DNA of 64,000 nt from Macrostomum hystrix (lineage: Eukaryota > Animalia > Platyhelminthes): NCBI GenBank assembly GCA_950097015.1, contig CATNEN010000012.1:2108001-2172000 (forward strand), in the 5' to 3' direction. Positions 49,130 through 61,627 of the stretch are shown here, one piece after another; position 1 is the stretch's first letter; every line of letters starts with the position of its first letter. The translations under genes and the position numbers were made by a program. The notes beneath the pieces were generated by a model that did not search any database, was not told the DNA's origin, and saw nothing but the letters and a program-made list of their open reading frames with translations.

Positions 49130-49329
49130 GGGAAATCCCTTTAATGGTAAATCCTTGAAGTCGGAAGTCCGTGATTCTCGAAATTCCAGGATTTAGTAAT
49201 TCCTAAATAGGGAAATCCATTTATGGGGAATCCCAAATTTAAAAAATCTAAAATGGGGAAATCCCAAAACTGTGTTTTCCCAAAACAGGGAAATCCCTCT
49301 ATTGGGAAATCCCAGAATTGGGAATTTTA
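49130..49329. promoter_or_regulatory. Cluster of kappaB-like decamers
   Basis: GGGAAATCCC at 49130, 49256, 49288 and 49304; GGGGAATCCC at 49225; GGGAAATCCA at 49210. Function is not demonstrated. Confidence 0.3.
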
Positions 49330-49964
49330 ATTTTAATCTTAAGACAGTTGGACAGTTTAATCAAAAAGAGATCACATATAGAGGCGGCAGATTGTTTAAG
49401 ATCGTGATAAACCTACAAAGTAATGACAGTACAAAGTGAACTTTTAGTAGCCAGAAGTACGTACATATTTGTTCAGAAATCCGTCACGATGCAAAGGCCA
49501 AATAAAATATCTTCCTATTGATCAAATGCTAGATAGAAAACATATATTCATCCGTATTTTAATGCCATTCGAATAAAAAATACGTCCCTATAAACTTGGG
49601 AAACAACATGCACAACCCCGCGTTTGAACCTCACTGAAATCTGCGTCCGACCAAACCGAGGCAGACGGATAGGAGAGAGAGATACAAACAAGGGAATGAA
49701 GACAGAAAGAGAGTTTGAGGGACAAGAGAGGATGGAGGAGACGTGGGTAAAGGCCAGGGGGGAATCCAGTTTCGCCTGCTGCTGCTGCTGCTTTTCAGCT
49801 TGCTATTCAGCCATGTTCTAAGGATTAAAAAATGCACAAAGCTTTCGCGTACGAGTATAAAGGGCTGTGCCGTGGCCAAGCCCATTTTGCTGGTCCACTG
49901 GCTGGGCAGAAACACTTATTTGAAATTACCAGAGACCTCAAGACTATAGCTTTCTATTTGCGTT

Positions 49965-52900
49965 ATGGCGGCTGCTGTCTTGATAACCTACCAAGCTCAC
50001 CAGCAGCAGCAGCAGCAGCCAGGCTGCCACCTGCCAAACTCGCCTAGCAATGATAGTCGGGTCTTCTCCGAGATTGCCGGGCTAGCTGCCTGTCCCACAG
50101 CTGCCGAGGAGGACAGTGAGTTTCCTCCCTGTTTCCCTCTCCTGTCTCTTCTCTAACTGTCTCTTCTCTCCCTGTCTCCCTCTCCTGTCTCTTCTCTAAC
50201 TGTCTCTTCTCTCCCTGTCTCCCTCTCCTGTCTCTTCTCTAACTGTCTCTTCTCTCCCTGTCTCCCTCTCCTGTCTCTTCTCTAACTGTCTCTTCTCTCC
50301 CTGTCTCCCTCTCCTGTCTTTTCTCTAACTGTCTCTTCTCTCCCTGTCTCCCTCTCCTGTCTCTTCTCTAACTGTCTCTTCTCTCCCTGTCTCCCTCTCC
50401 TGTCTCTTCTCTAACTGTCTCTTCTCTCCCTGTCTCCCTCTCCTGTCTCTTCTCTAACTGTCTCTTCTCTCCCTGTTTCCCTCTCCTGTCTCTTCTCTAA
50501 CTGTCTCTTCTCTCCCTGTCTCCCTCTCCTGTCTCTTCTCTAACTGTCTCTTCTCTCCCTGTCTCCCTCTCCTGTCTCTTCTCTAACTGTCTCTTCTCTC
50601 CCTGTCTCCCTCTCCTGTCTCTTCTCTAACTGTCTCTTCTCTCCCTGTCTCCCTCTCCTGTCTTTTCTCTAACTGTCTCTTCTCTCCCTGTCTCCCTCTC
50701 CTGTCTCTTCTCTAACTGTCTCTTCTCTCCCTGTCTCCCTCTCCTGTCTCTTCTCTAACTGTCTCTTCTCTCCCTGTCTCCCTCTCCTGTCTCTTCTCTA
50801 ACTGTCTCTTCTCTCCCTGTCTCCCTCTCCTGTCTCTTCTCTAACTGTCTCTTCTCTCCCTGTCTCCCTCTCCTGTCTTTTCTCTCCCTGTCTCCCTCTC
50901 CTGTCTCTTATCACCCTGTCTCCCTCTCCTGTCTCCCTCTCATGTCTCTTCTCTCCCTGTCTCCCTCTCCTGTCTCTTCTCTCCCTGTCTCCCTCTCCTG
51001 TCTCTTATCACCCTGTCTCCCTCTCCTGTCTCCCTCTCATGTTTCTTCTCTCCCTGTCTCCCTCTCCTGTCTCTTATCACCCTGTCTCCCTCTCCTGTCT
51101 CCCTCTCATGTCTCTTCTCTACTTGTCTGTTCTCTCCCTGTCTCCCTCTTATCTTTCTTCTCTCCCTGTCTCCCTCTCCTGTCTCTTCTCTCCCTGTCTC
51201 TTCTCTCCCTGTCTCCCTCTCCTGTCTCTTCTCTCCCTGTCTCTTCTCTCCCTGTCTCCCTCTCCTGTCTCTTCTCTCCCTGTCTCCCTCTCCTGTCTCT
51301 TCTCTCCCTGTCTCCCTCTCCTGTCTCTTCTCTCCCTGTCTCTTCTCTCCCTGTCTCCCTCTCCTGTCTCTTCTCTCCCTGTCTCCCTCTCCTGTCTCTT
51401 CTCTCCCTGTCTCCCTCTCCTGTCTCTTCTCTCCCTGTCTCCCTCTCCTGTCTCTTCTCTCCCTGTCTCCCTCTCATGTCTCTTCTCTCCCTGTCTCTCT
51501 CTCCTGTCTCTTCTCTAACTGTCTCTTCTCTCCCTGTCTCCCTCTCCTGTCTCTTCTCTAACTGTCTCTTCTCTCCCTGTCTCCCTCTCCTGTCTTTTCT
51601 CTAACTGTCTCTTCTCTCCCTGTCTCCCTCTCCTGTCTCTTCTCTAACTGTCTCTTCTCTCCCTGTCTCCCTCTCCTGTCTCTTCTCTAACTGTCTCTTC
51701 TCTCCCTGTCTCCCTCTCCTGTCTCTTCTCTAACTGTCTCTTCTCTCCCTGTCTCCCTCTCCTGTCTCTTCTCTCCCTGTCTCCCTCTCCTGTCTCTTCT
51801 CTCCCTGTCTCCCTCTCATGTCTCTTCTCTCCCTGTCTCCCTCTCCTGTCTCTTCTCTAACTGTCTCTTCTCTCCCTGTCTCCCTCTCCTGTCTCTTCTC
51901 TAACTGTCTCTTCTCTCCCTGTCTCCCTCTCCTGTCTCTTCTCTAACTGTCTCTTCTCTCCCTGTCTCCCTCTCCTGTCTCTTCTCTAACTGTCTCTTCT
52001 CTCCCTGTCTCCCTCTCCTGTCTCTTCTCTAACTGTCTCTTCTCTCCCTGTCTCCCTCTCCTGTCTCTTCTCTCCCTGTCTCCCTCTCCTGTCTCTTATC
52101 ACCCTGTCTCCCTCTCCTGTCTCCCTCTCATGTCTCTTCTCTCCCTGTCTCCCTCTCCTGTCTCTTCTCTCCCTGTCTCCCTCTCCTGTCTCTTATCACC
52201 CTGTCTCCCTCTCCTGTCTCCCTCTCATGTTTCTTCTCTCCCTGTCTCCCTCTCCTGTCTCTTATCACCCTGTCTCCCTCTCCTGTCTCCCTCTCATGTC
52301 TCTTCTCTACTTGTCTGTTCTCTCCCTGTCTCCCTCTTATCTTTCTTCTCTCCCTGTCTCCCTCTCCTGTCTCTTCTCTCCCTGTCTCTTCTCTCCCTGT
52401 CTCCCTCTCCTGTCTCTTCTCTCCCTGTCTCTTCTCTCCCTGTCTCCCTCTCCTGTCTCTTCTCTCCCTGTCTCCCTCTCCTGTCTCTTCTCTCCCTGTC
52501 TCCCTCTCCTGTCTCTTCTCTCCCTGTCTCTTCTCTCCCTGTCTCCCTCTCCTGTCTCTTCTCTCCCTGTCTCCCTCTCCTGTCTCTTCTCTCCCTGTCT
52601 CCCTCTCCTGTCTCTTCTCTCCCTGTCTCCCTCTCCTGTCTCTTCTCTCCCTGTCTCCCTCTCATGTCTCTTCTCTCCCTGTCTCTCTCTCCCTGTCTCT
52701 CTCTCCTGTCTCTTCTCTCCCTGTCTCCCTCTCATGTCTCTTCTCTCCCTGTCTCCCTCTCATGTCTCTTCTCTCCCTGTCTCCCTCTCCTGTCTCTTAT
52801 CACCCTGTCTCCCTCTCCTGTCTCCCTCTCATGTCTCTTCTCTACTTGTCTGTTCTCTCCCTGTCTCCCTCTCATCTTTCTTCTCTCCCTGTCTCCCTCT

Positions 52901-55900
52901 CCTGTCTCTTCTCTCCCTGTCTCTTCTCTCCCTGTCTCCCTCTCCTGTCTCTTCTCTCCCTGTCTCTTCTCTCCCTGTCTCCCTCTCCTGTCTCTTCTCT
53001 CCCTGTCTCCCTCTCCTGTCTCTTCTCTCCCTGTCTCCCTCTCCTGTCTCTTCTCTCCCTGTCTCTTCTCTCCCTGTCTCCCTCTCCTGTCTCTTCTCTC
53101 CCTGTCTCCCTCTCCTGTCTCTTCTCTCCCTGTCTCCCTCTCCTGTCTCTTCTCTCCCTGTCTCCCTCTCCTGTCTCTTCTCTCCCTGTCTCCCTCTCAT
53201 GTCTCTTCTCTCCCTGTCTCTCTCTCCCTGTCTCTTCTCTCCCTGTCTCTCTCTCCTGTCTCTTCTCTCCCTGTCTCCCTCTCATGTCTCTTCTCTCCCT
53301 GTCTCCCTCTCCTGTCTCTTCTCTCCCTGTCTCTCCTCTCCCTGTCTCCCTCTCATGTCTCTTCTCTCCCTGTCTCTCCTCTCCCTGTCTCCCTCTCCTG
53401 TCTCTTCTCTCCCTGTCTCTCCTCTCCCTGTCTCCCTCTCATGTCTCTTCTCTCCCTGTCTCTCCTCTCCCTGTCTCCCTCTCCTGTCTCTTCTCTCCCT
53501 GTCTCTCCTCTCCCTGTCTCCCTCTCCTGTCTCTTCTCTCCCTGTCTCTCCTCTCCCTGTCTCCCTCTCCTTGTCTTTTCTCCCCCTGCCTCCCTTCTCA
53601 CTGTCTCCTTCTCTGTCGCTGATTCTCTCGCTCGTGTTTCTAGACTCCAAGAAACATATTTGCGACTGTACCTAGTGATATTTAATGTTAAACAAATGTG
53701 AGTAGCGAGCCTTATTATTTTGTGTCATGAGGTGTCAGTCATTTTTTTCCTATTGTGTTTGGCAATCCCCAGGCAAACAGGGTAATCCATTGATTGATTT
53801 AAAACAATGCCCTTTTGCCATTCGCAAGCGCCGAGTGTAGCTTAGAAATTATTATTTTTTCTATCTGGCCACATCGCTTTCAGCTTAGATTTGCAGCAAC
53901 TGTTGAACAATGCGAATTACTATATTTTCTATTCCAATGACTGCTGGGTAACGGATTCAATTATTTTCTGATAATCTTTACCAATCAAAATCGTTGGGTT
54001 TAGACTCGGTCCTAAGTGGCACAGTGACAATGAAAAGTTCAGGGGCAGATGTCACCCTCTGTGTGAGTGTGTACCTGCGTACGGTAATTTGTGCGCGTGG
54101 CTGCTCAGGAGTCCGCGAATTAGGCACAATTTCCTCTCGCTGGCTGCGGTTCCACTGTCAACAACTAATGTACCAATGCCGATAGCCCTTCCTTAACATT
54201 TGTACAGTTATACTATTTAGGCTATAAACTCAGAGCAGAGCTATTTTGGCTCCATCCGATTAGAGACACTCTTAGAGACACTCATAGAGACACTTACAGA
54301 GACACTCACAGAGAAACTCATAGAGACACTCTTAGAGATAGTCATAGAGAAACTCATAGAGACACTCATAGAGACACTCATAGAGACACTCATAGAGACA
54401 CTCATAGAGACACTCATAGAGACACTCATAGAGACACTCATAAAGACACTCATAGAGACACTCATAGAGACACTCATAGAGACACTCATAGAGACACTCA
54501 TAGAGACACTCATAGAGACACTCATAGAGACACTCATAAAGACACTCGTAGAGACACTCGTACAGACACTAATAGAGACACTCATAGAGACACTCATAGA
54601 GACACTCATAAAGACACTCGTAGAGACACTCGTACAGACACTAATAGAGACACTCATAGAGACACTCATAAAGACACTCATAGAGACACTCATAGAGACA
54701 ATCATAGAGAAACTCATAGAGACACTCTTAGAGACACTCGTAGAGTAACTCATAGAGACACTCACAGAGACACTCATAAAGACACTCACAGAGAAACTCA
54801 TAGAGACACTCATAGAGACACTCACAGAGACACTCATAAAGACACTCACAGAGACACTCACAGAGACACTCATAAAGACACTCACAGAGACACTCATAAA
54901 GACACTCACAGAGAAACTCATAGAGATACTCATAAAGACACTCATAGAGACACTCATAGAGACCCTCATAGAGACACTCATAGAGACACTCATAGAGACA
55001 CTCATAAAGACACTCGTAGAGACACTCGTACAGACACTAATAGAGACACTCATAGAGACACTCATAAAGACACTCATAGAGACACTCATAGAGACAATCA
55101 TAGAGAAACTCATAGAGACACTCCTAGAGACACTCGTAGAGTAACTCATAGAGACACTCACAGAGACACTCATAAAGACACTCACAGAGAAACTCATAGA
55201 GACACTCATAGAGAAACTCATAGAGACACTCTTAGAGACACTCGTAGAGACACTCATAGAGACACTCACAGAGAAACTTACAGAGACACTCACAGAGAAA
55301 CTCATAGAGACACTCTTAGAGACACTCTTAGAGACACTCATAGAGACCCTCATAGAGACACTCATAGAGAAACTCATAGAGACACTCATAGAGACACTCA
55401 TAGAGAAACTCATAGAGACACTCATAGAGACACTCGTAGAGACACTCTTAGAGACACTCATAGAGACACTCATAGAGACCCTCATAGAGACACTCATAGA
55501 GACACCCATAAAGACACTCGTAGAGACACTCGTACAGACACTAATAGAGACACTCATAGAGACACTCTTAGAGACACTCATAGAGACACTTACAGAGACA
55601 CTCATAGAGACACTCATAGAGACCCTCATAGAGACATTCATAGAGACACTCATAGAGACACTCATAGAGACACTCATAAAGACACTCATAGAGACACTCA
55701 TAAAGATACTCATAGAGACCCTCATAGAGACCCTCATAGAGAAACTCATAGAGACACTCATAGAGACACTCCTAGAGACACTCATAGAGACACTCATAGA
55801 GACACTTACAGAGACACTCACAGAGAAACTCATAGAGACACTCTTAGAGACACTCTTAGAGACACTCATAGAGACCCTCATAGAGACACTCATAGAGAAA

Positions 55901-58900
55901 CTCATAGAGACACTCATAGAGAAACTCATAGAGACACTCATAGAGACACTCGTAGAGACACTCATAAAGACACTCATAGAGACACTCATAGAGACACTCA
56001 TAAAGACACTCATAGAGACCCTCATAGAGACACTCATAGAGAAACTCATAGAGACACTCATAGAGACACTCCTAGAGACACTCTTAGAGACACTCATAGA
56101 GACACTCATAGAGACCCTCATAGAGACACTCATAGAGACACCCATAAAGACACTCGTAGAGACACTCGTACAGACACTAATAGAGACACTCATAGAGACA
56201 CTCTTAGAGACACTCATAGAGACACTTACAGAGACACTCATAGAGACACTCATAGAGACCCTCATAGAGACATTCATAGAGACACTCATAGAGACACTCA
56301 TAGAGACACTCATAAAGACACTCATAGAGACACTCATAAAGATACTCATAGAGACCCTCATAGAGACCCTCATAGAGAAACTCATAGAGACACTCATAGA
56401 GACACTCCTAGAGACACTCATAGAGACACTCATAGAGACACTTACAGAGACACTCACAGAGAAACTCATAGAGACACTCTTAGAGACACTCTTAGAGACA
56501 CTCATAGAGACCCTCATAGAGACACTCATAGAGAAACTCATAGAGACACTCATAGAGAAACTCATAGAGACACTCATAGAGACACTCGTAGAGACACTCA
56601 TAAAGACACTCATAGAGACACTCATAGAGACACTCATAAAGACACTCATAGAGACCCTCATAGAGACACTCATAGAGAAACTCATAGAGACACTCATAGA
56701 GAAACTCATAGAGACACTCATAGAGACACTCGTAGAGACACTCATAAAGACACTCATAGAGACCCTCATAGAGACACTCATAGAGAAACTCATAGAGACA
56801 CTCATAGAGACACTCATAGAGAAACTCATAGAGACACTCATAGAGACACTCGTAGAGACACTCTTAGAGACACTCATAGAGACACTCATAGAGACCCTCA
56901 TAGAGACACTCATAGAGACACCCATAAAGACACTCGTAGAGACACTCGTACAGACACTAATAGAGACACTCATAGAGACACTCTTAGAGACACTCATAGA
57001 GACACTTACAGAGACACTCATAGAGACACTCATAGAGACCCTCATAGAGACATTCATAGAGACACTCATAGAGACACTCATAGAGACACTCATAAAGACA
57101 CTCATAGAGACACTCATAAAGATACTCATAGAGACCCTCATAGAGACCCTCATAGAGAAACTCATAGAGACACTCATAGAGACACTCCTAGAGACACTCA
57201 TAGAGACACTCATAGAGACACTTACAGAGACACTCACAGAGAAACTCATAGAGACACTCTTAGAGACACTCTTAGAGACACTCATAGAGACCCTCATAGA
57301 GACACTCATAGAGAAACTCATAGAGACACTCATAGAGAAACTCATAGAGACACTCATAGAGACACTCGTAGAGACACTCATAAAGACACTCATAGAGACA
57401 CTCATAGAGACACTCATAAAGACACTCATAGAGACCCTCATAGAGACACTCATAGAGAAACTCATAGAGACACTTATAGAGACACTCCTAGAGACACTCA
57501 TAGAGACACTCATAGAGACACTTACAGAGACACTCACAGAGAAACTCATAGAGACACTCTTAGAGACACTCTTAGAGACACTCATAGAGACCCTCATAGA
57601 GACACTCATAGAGAAACTCATAGAGACACTCATAGAGACACTCACAGAGACCCTCATAGAGACACTCATAGAGAAACTCATAGAGACACTCATAGAGACA
57701 CTCGTAGAGACACTCTTAGAGACACTCATAGAGACACTCATAGAGACACTCATAGAGACACTCATAGAGACACCCATAAAGACACTCGTAGAGACACTCG
57801 TACAGACACTAATAGAGACACTCATAGAGACACTCTTAGAGACACTCATAGAGACACTTACAGAGACACTCACAGAGAAACTCATGGAGACACTCTTAGA
57901 GACACTCATAGAGACACTCATAGAGACCCTCATAGAGGCACTCATAGAGACACTCATAGAGACACTCATAGAGACACTCATAGAGACACTCATAAAGACA
58001 CTCATAGAGACACTCTTAAAGACACTCATAGAGACACTCATAGAGACACTCACAGAGAAACTCATAGAGACACTCTTAGAGATAGTCATAGAGAAACTCA
58101 TAGAGACACTCATAGAGACACTCTTAGAGACACTATAGACACTATAGACACTATAGACACTATAGAGACACAGACATAGAGATAGACAGACAGACAGGCG
58201 GACAGACAAGTGCAGCTGTTTACAGACAGCTCGCAGGCCGCCTCGAATGTACTACTGTACAATATATTTTCGAAGCCAAATGCCGAAAGACTTAGCTTCT
58301 GTCCTCAGTCAGCGAAAAGCCCCTGATAATTAACACTGTAGGGTGGAAAAGGCACAGCTGATTAACCGGGATCTGTCCCTCATTCCAAGTCCTTCCACCC
58401 TCCAGCACTCACGCCCAGCGCCTCACCCCGATTACCATCCGGGGCCCTTAACTCCGCTCCCAGCTACTCTGCGCATGTATAAGAACCGGCTAGTTAGGTC
58501 TCACCAAACCAGGGCTAAGGCAGGACACATGACACGCTCAAGCATTCTTCCCTGTTTGGGCGGAGTCAAGGCGAGTCCAACATTTTTTTACGACTAATTC
58601 TGCCAATGCTGCTTGTGGGCCTCGCGCTACGAGCTATCCTGATCTGAAAGCTGAAAAAACTATCATTCTGCCGCAATGCCGCCTCCAACGGCACAGCCCA
58701 TTGGTCGGGGCGGCAACGGTGGCAACAGCGGCGGCGGCGGCGGAAGCTGCACCATCGGATTAGTGAGACACCACGCACTAATTAAAGGTGACTTTTAAGG
58801 CTCAGTGTATGCAAAAGGCAAAAAAGACACACAGAAAGACTCTCATAGAGACACCCAGAAAGACACTCATAGAGACACCCAGAAAGACACTCATAGCGAC

Positions 58901-61469
58901 ACCCAGAAAGACACTCATAGAGACACCCAGAAAGACACTCATAGAGACACCCAGAAAGACACTCATAGAGACACCCAGAAAGACACTCATAGAGACACCC
59001 AGAAAGACACTCATAGAGACACACAGAAAGACACTCATAGAGACACCCAGAAAGACACTCATAGAGACACACAGAAAGACACTCATAGAGACACCCAGAA
59101 AGACACTCATAGAGACACACAGAAAGACACTCAAAGCGACGCTCACAGAGAAGCTTATAAAGACACTCTTAAAGACCCACATATAGACACTCAGAGATCC
59201 TCATAGAAAATTCATAGAGACACTCATAGAGACACTCATAGAGACTCTCATAGAGACACTCAAAGAGACACTCATAGAGAACCTCTAATACAGAAACTCA
59301 TACATGTAGAGACACAATAAAGACTCTCACAGAGACTCACAGACACTCACAGAGACTCAAAGAGACTCACAGAGACTCACAGAGACTCACAGACACTCAC
59401 AGAGACTCAAAGAGACTCACAGAGACTCACAGAGACTCACAGAGATTCACAGAGACTCACAGACACTCACAGAGACTCAAAGAGACTCACAGAGACTCAC
59501 AGAGACTCACAGAGATTCACAGAGACTCACAGAGACTCACAGACACTCACAGACACTCACAGAGACTCAAAGAGACTCACAGAGACTCACAGAGACTCAC
59601 AGAGATTCACAGAGACTCACAGACACTCACAGAGACTCAAAGAGACTCACAGAGACTCACAGAGACTCACAGAGACTCACAGAGACTCACAGAGACTCAC
59701 AGAGATTCACAGAGACTCACAGAGACTCACAGAGACTCACAGAGACTCACAGAGACTCACAGAGACTCACAGAGACTCACAGAGATTCACAGAGACTCAC
59801 AGAGACTCACAGAGAGTGAGTGAGTGAGAGTGAGTGAGAGTGAGTGAGAGTGAGTGAGACTCTGTGAGTCATATAGACTAAGAGACGCACTATGGAATGT
59901 CTACTCGCTGTGGTAGTCTAATACATTTTCAACATTCTTGTTGAACAGTCTTTAGCTTCTGCTGGTATTGTGCAAGAAAAGTTTTTTCCTGCGTTGAGTT
60001 TCTGCGAGAAAGGAAGTGTCCTACGTAGCATGCAACTTTCTTTGCTCCCAGCTAGGGAAACCGAAAGTTGCGAGCGCAAAGGGTATTCAGAGAGGAAAGT
60101 TCTTGTAGGGAAGCGGCATTCAAACAGGTTCCAGCGCCGGCTAAAATGCACAGGAAGCCGATTGAATCCAGAAAAAAGAAGAAGTTGCGATAGTAAAAAA
60201 ATTTGCGAAACAGAGGTGACGAATTTTTCACTACCCTGCTGCATTACAACCCCACAGACAGCTGGTGTGAACAGCTGCGTTTACACTGGCACCCGACCAA
60301 CACACCTCCATTCTACTCAATACACTCGAGTCCCTTAACTCACTAATTCACTCGATCTCACTCTCACACACACTCAGTCACCCTCATTCACTCACATTCA
60401 TTCTCAGTCACTCTCACTCACCCTCACTCACTCTCATTCACCCTCACTCACTCTCACTCACTCTCACTCACTCTCACTCACTCTCACTCACTCTCACTCA
60501 CTCTCACTCACTCTCACTCACTCTCACTCACTCTCACTCACTCTCACTCACTCTCATTCACTCTCCATCACTCTCATTCACTCTCACTCACTCTCATTCA
60601 CTCTCCATCACTCTCATTCACTCTCACTCACTCTCATACACTATCCATCACTCTCATACACTATCCATCACTCTCATACACTATCCATCACTCTCATGCA
60701 CTATCCATCACTCTCATACACTATCCATCACTCTCATACACTATCCATCACTCTCATACACTATCCATCACTCTCATACACTATCCATCACTCTCATACA
60801 CTATATGAGTGTTGCCACCAATCCCACTGTGCCCATTGTTTAGGCGTCTCTGGCATCACGATGGAGCACGACTCGAACAGCCTCCGTCTGAAGCGCTCCG
60901 GTGGCAGCTGCGGAGGCGTCATGACGCCGGCGGGCATGTCGCCTGGTGGAGCCGGGTCCGTCGCGGGCGCCACCGTGCCGCATCCGGGCGCATCGGCCGT
61001 GGTGGCTGCGGCAGCGGGCGGAGTTGGCGGAGGCAGCCGCGGTGGCCTGCGCCAAACCCAGTCGTCGACGGCGCGTCATTTCACCTTCGACTTTCGCGAG
61101 CCGGACCAGATGGAGGACTTCCGCGCTCAGCGCTTGCAGAGGAAGTTTCGGGAGAAATTGGGATCGAAATGCGCCAAGTACGAGCTGGTGGCCGGCTTCC
61201 ACCTGGAGGACGGAGTGATCATCTCTTACCATCCGTTTCGCACCAGAATTCACTTCGAGCTGACCGAACGAAGAAGAAAAATCCTCGGCCGCTATTATCG
61301 TCGCGGCCAGCAGGAGGTGCTGCTGTACGTGGACCGTTCGGAGTTTGAGTACTACACTCCTGTCTGCTGCTACCAGGCACCCGTTGAGTCAAGCCGAGAC
61401 GGTGTTTGCGGAACAGCGAAAAAGCGTAACAAAGCCTCGTGTTTCGCAATTTCTGGCTGCGCAAGCTGA
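49965..61469 (+). CDS. Uncharacterised protein, isoform A (258 aa): exon 49965-50115 plus shared exon 60844-61469
   Basis: ATG 49965 to phase-1 donor GTGAGT at 50116. Acceptor cccattgtttag ends at 60843 (phase 1). The shared exon has strong coding bias and a globular-looking domain (RHFTFDFREPDQ...KYELVAGFHLEDGVIISYHPF...LLYVDRSEF). No family recognised. Confidence 0.65.
50125..53585. repeat. CT-rich satellite of 13/15-bp subunits (about 43-bp unit) with a 1188-bp internal duplication
   Basis: Read directly. Identical ORF-track translations recur at an offset of 1188 (50942/52130, 51039/52227, 51106/52294). Confidence 0.96.
54262..58175. repeat. 12-bp tandem repeat (GAGACACTCATA), about 325 copies, with higher-order blocks of about 640-850 bp
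   Basis: Read directly. The rare CCCATAAAGA variant recurs at 55505, 56141, 56921 and 57773. Confidence 0.97.
58676..61469 (+). CDS. Uncharacterised protein, isoform B (245 aa): alternative first exon 58676-58787 plus shared exon 60844-61469
   Basis: ATG 58676, frame MPPPTAQPIGRGGNGGNSGGGGGSCTIGLVRHHALIK, and phase-1 donor AAG|GTGACT at 58788. TATAAG at 58478 and GGGCGG at about 58558 lie upstream. Confidence 0.55.
58830..59290. repeat. 24-bp repeat (AGACACTCATAGAGACACCCAGAA) related to the 12-bp array
   Basis: Read directly. Confidence 0.92.
59320..59865. repeat. 10-bp repeat (ACAGAGACTC)n followed by a short (GAGAGTGAGT)n tract
   Basis: Read directly. Confidence 0.93.
60355..60805. repeat. 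(CTCTCACTCA)n grading into a 20-bp repeat (CTATCCATCACTCTCATACA)
   Basis: Read directly; ends about 40 nt before the acceptor at 60843. Confidence 0.92.
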
Positions 61470-61627
61470 TTCAATATCGATAGTTTGACTAAAACTATTC
61501 TATAGTTATCTAACCTCAACCTGAATACGGAATAATTGTTTTTTTGGCGGGTATTTTGCATTTTATAAATCGTTTATAGCTTACCTTTTCTTAATCGTGT
61601 CATTCTGTGATATGTAATCTGAGACTG

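Noticed and set aside
54241-58209. 1322-aa minus-strand ORF (MSVS repeats)
   Set aside because: Translation of a 12-bp satellite whose unit lacks a stop in that frame. It lies inside an intron of a plus-strand gene and has no unique coding sequence.
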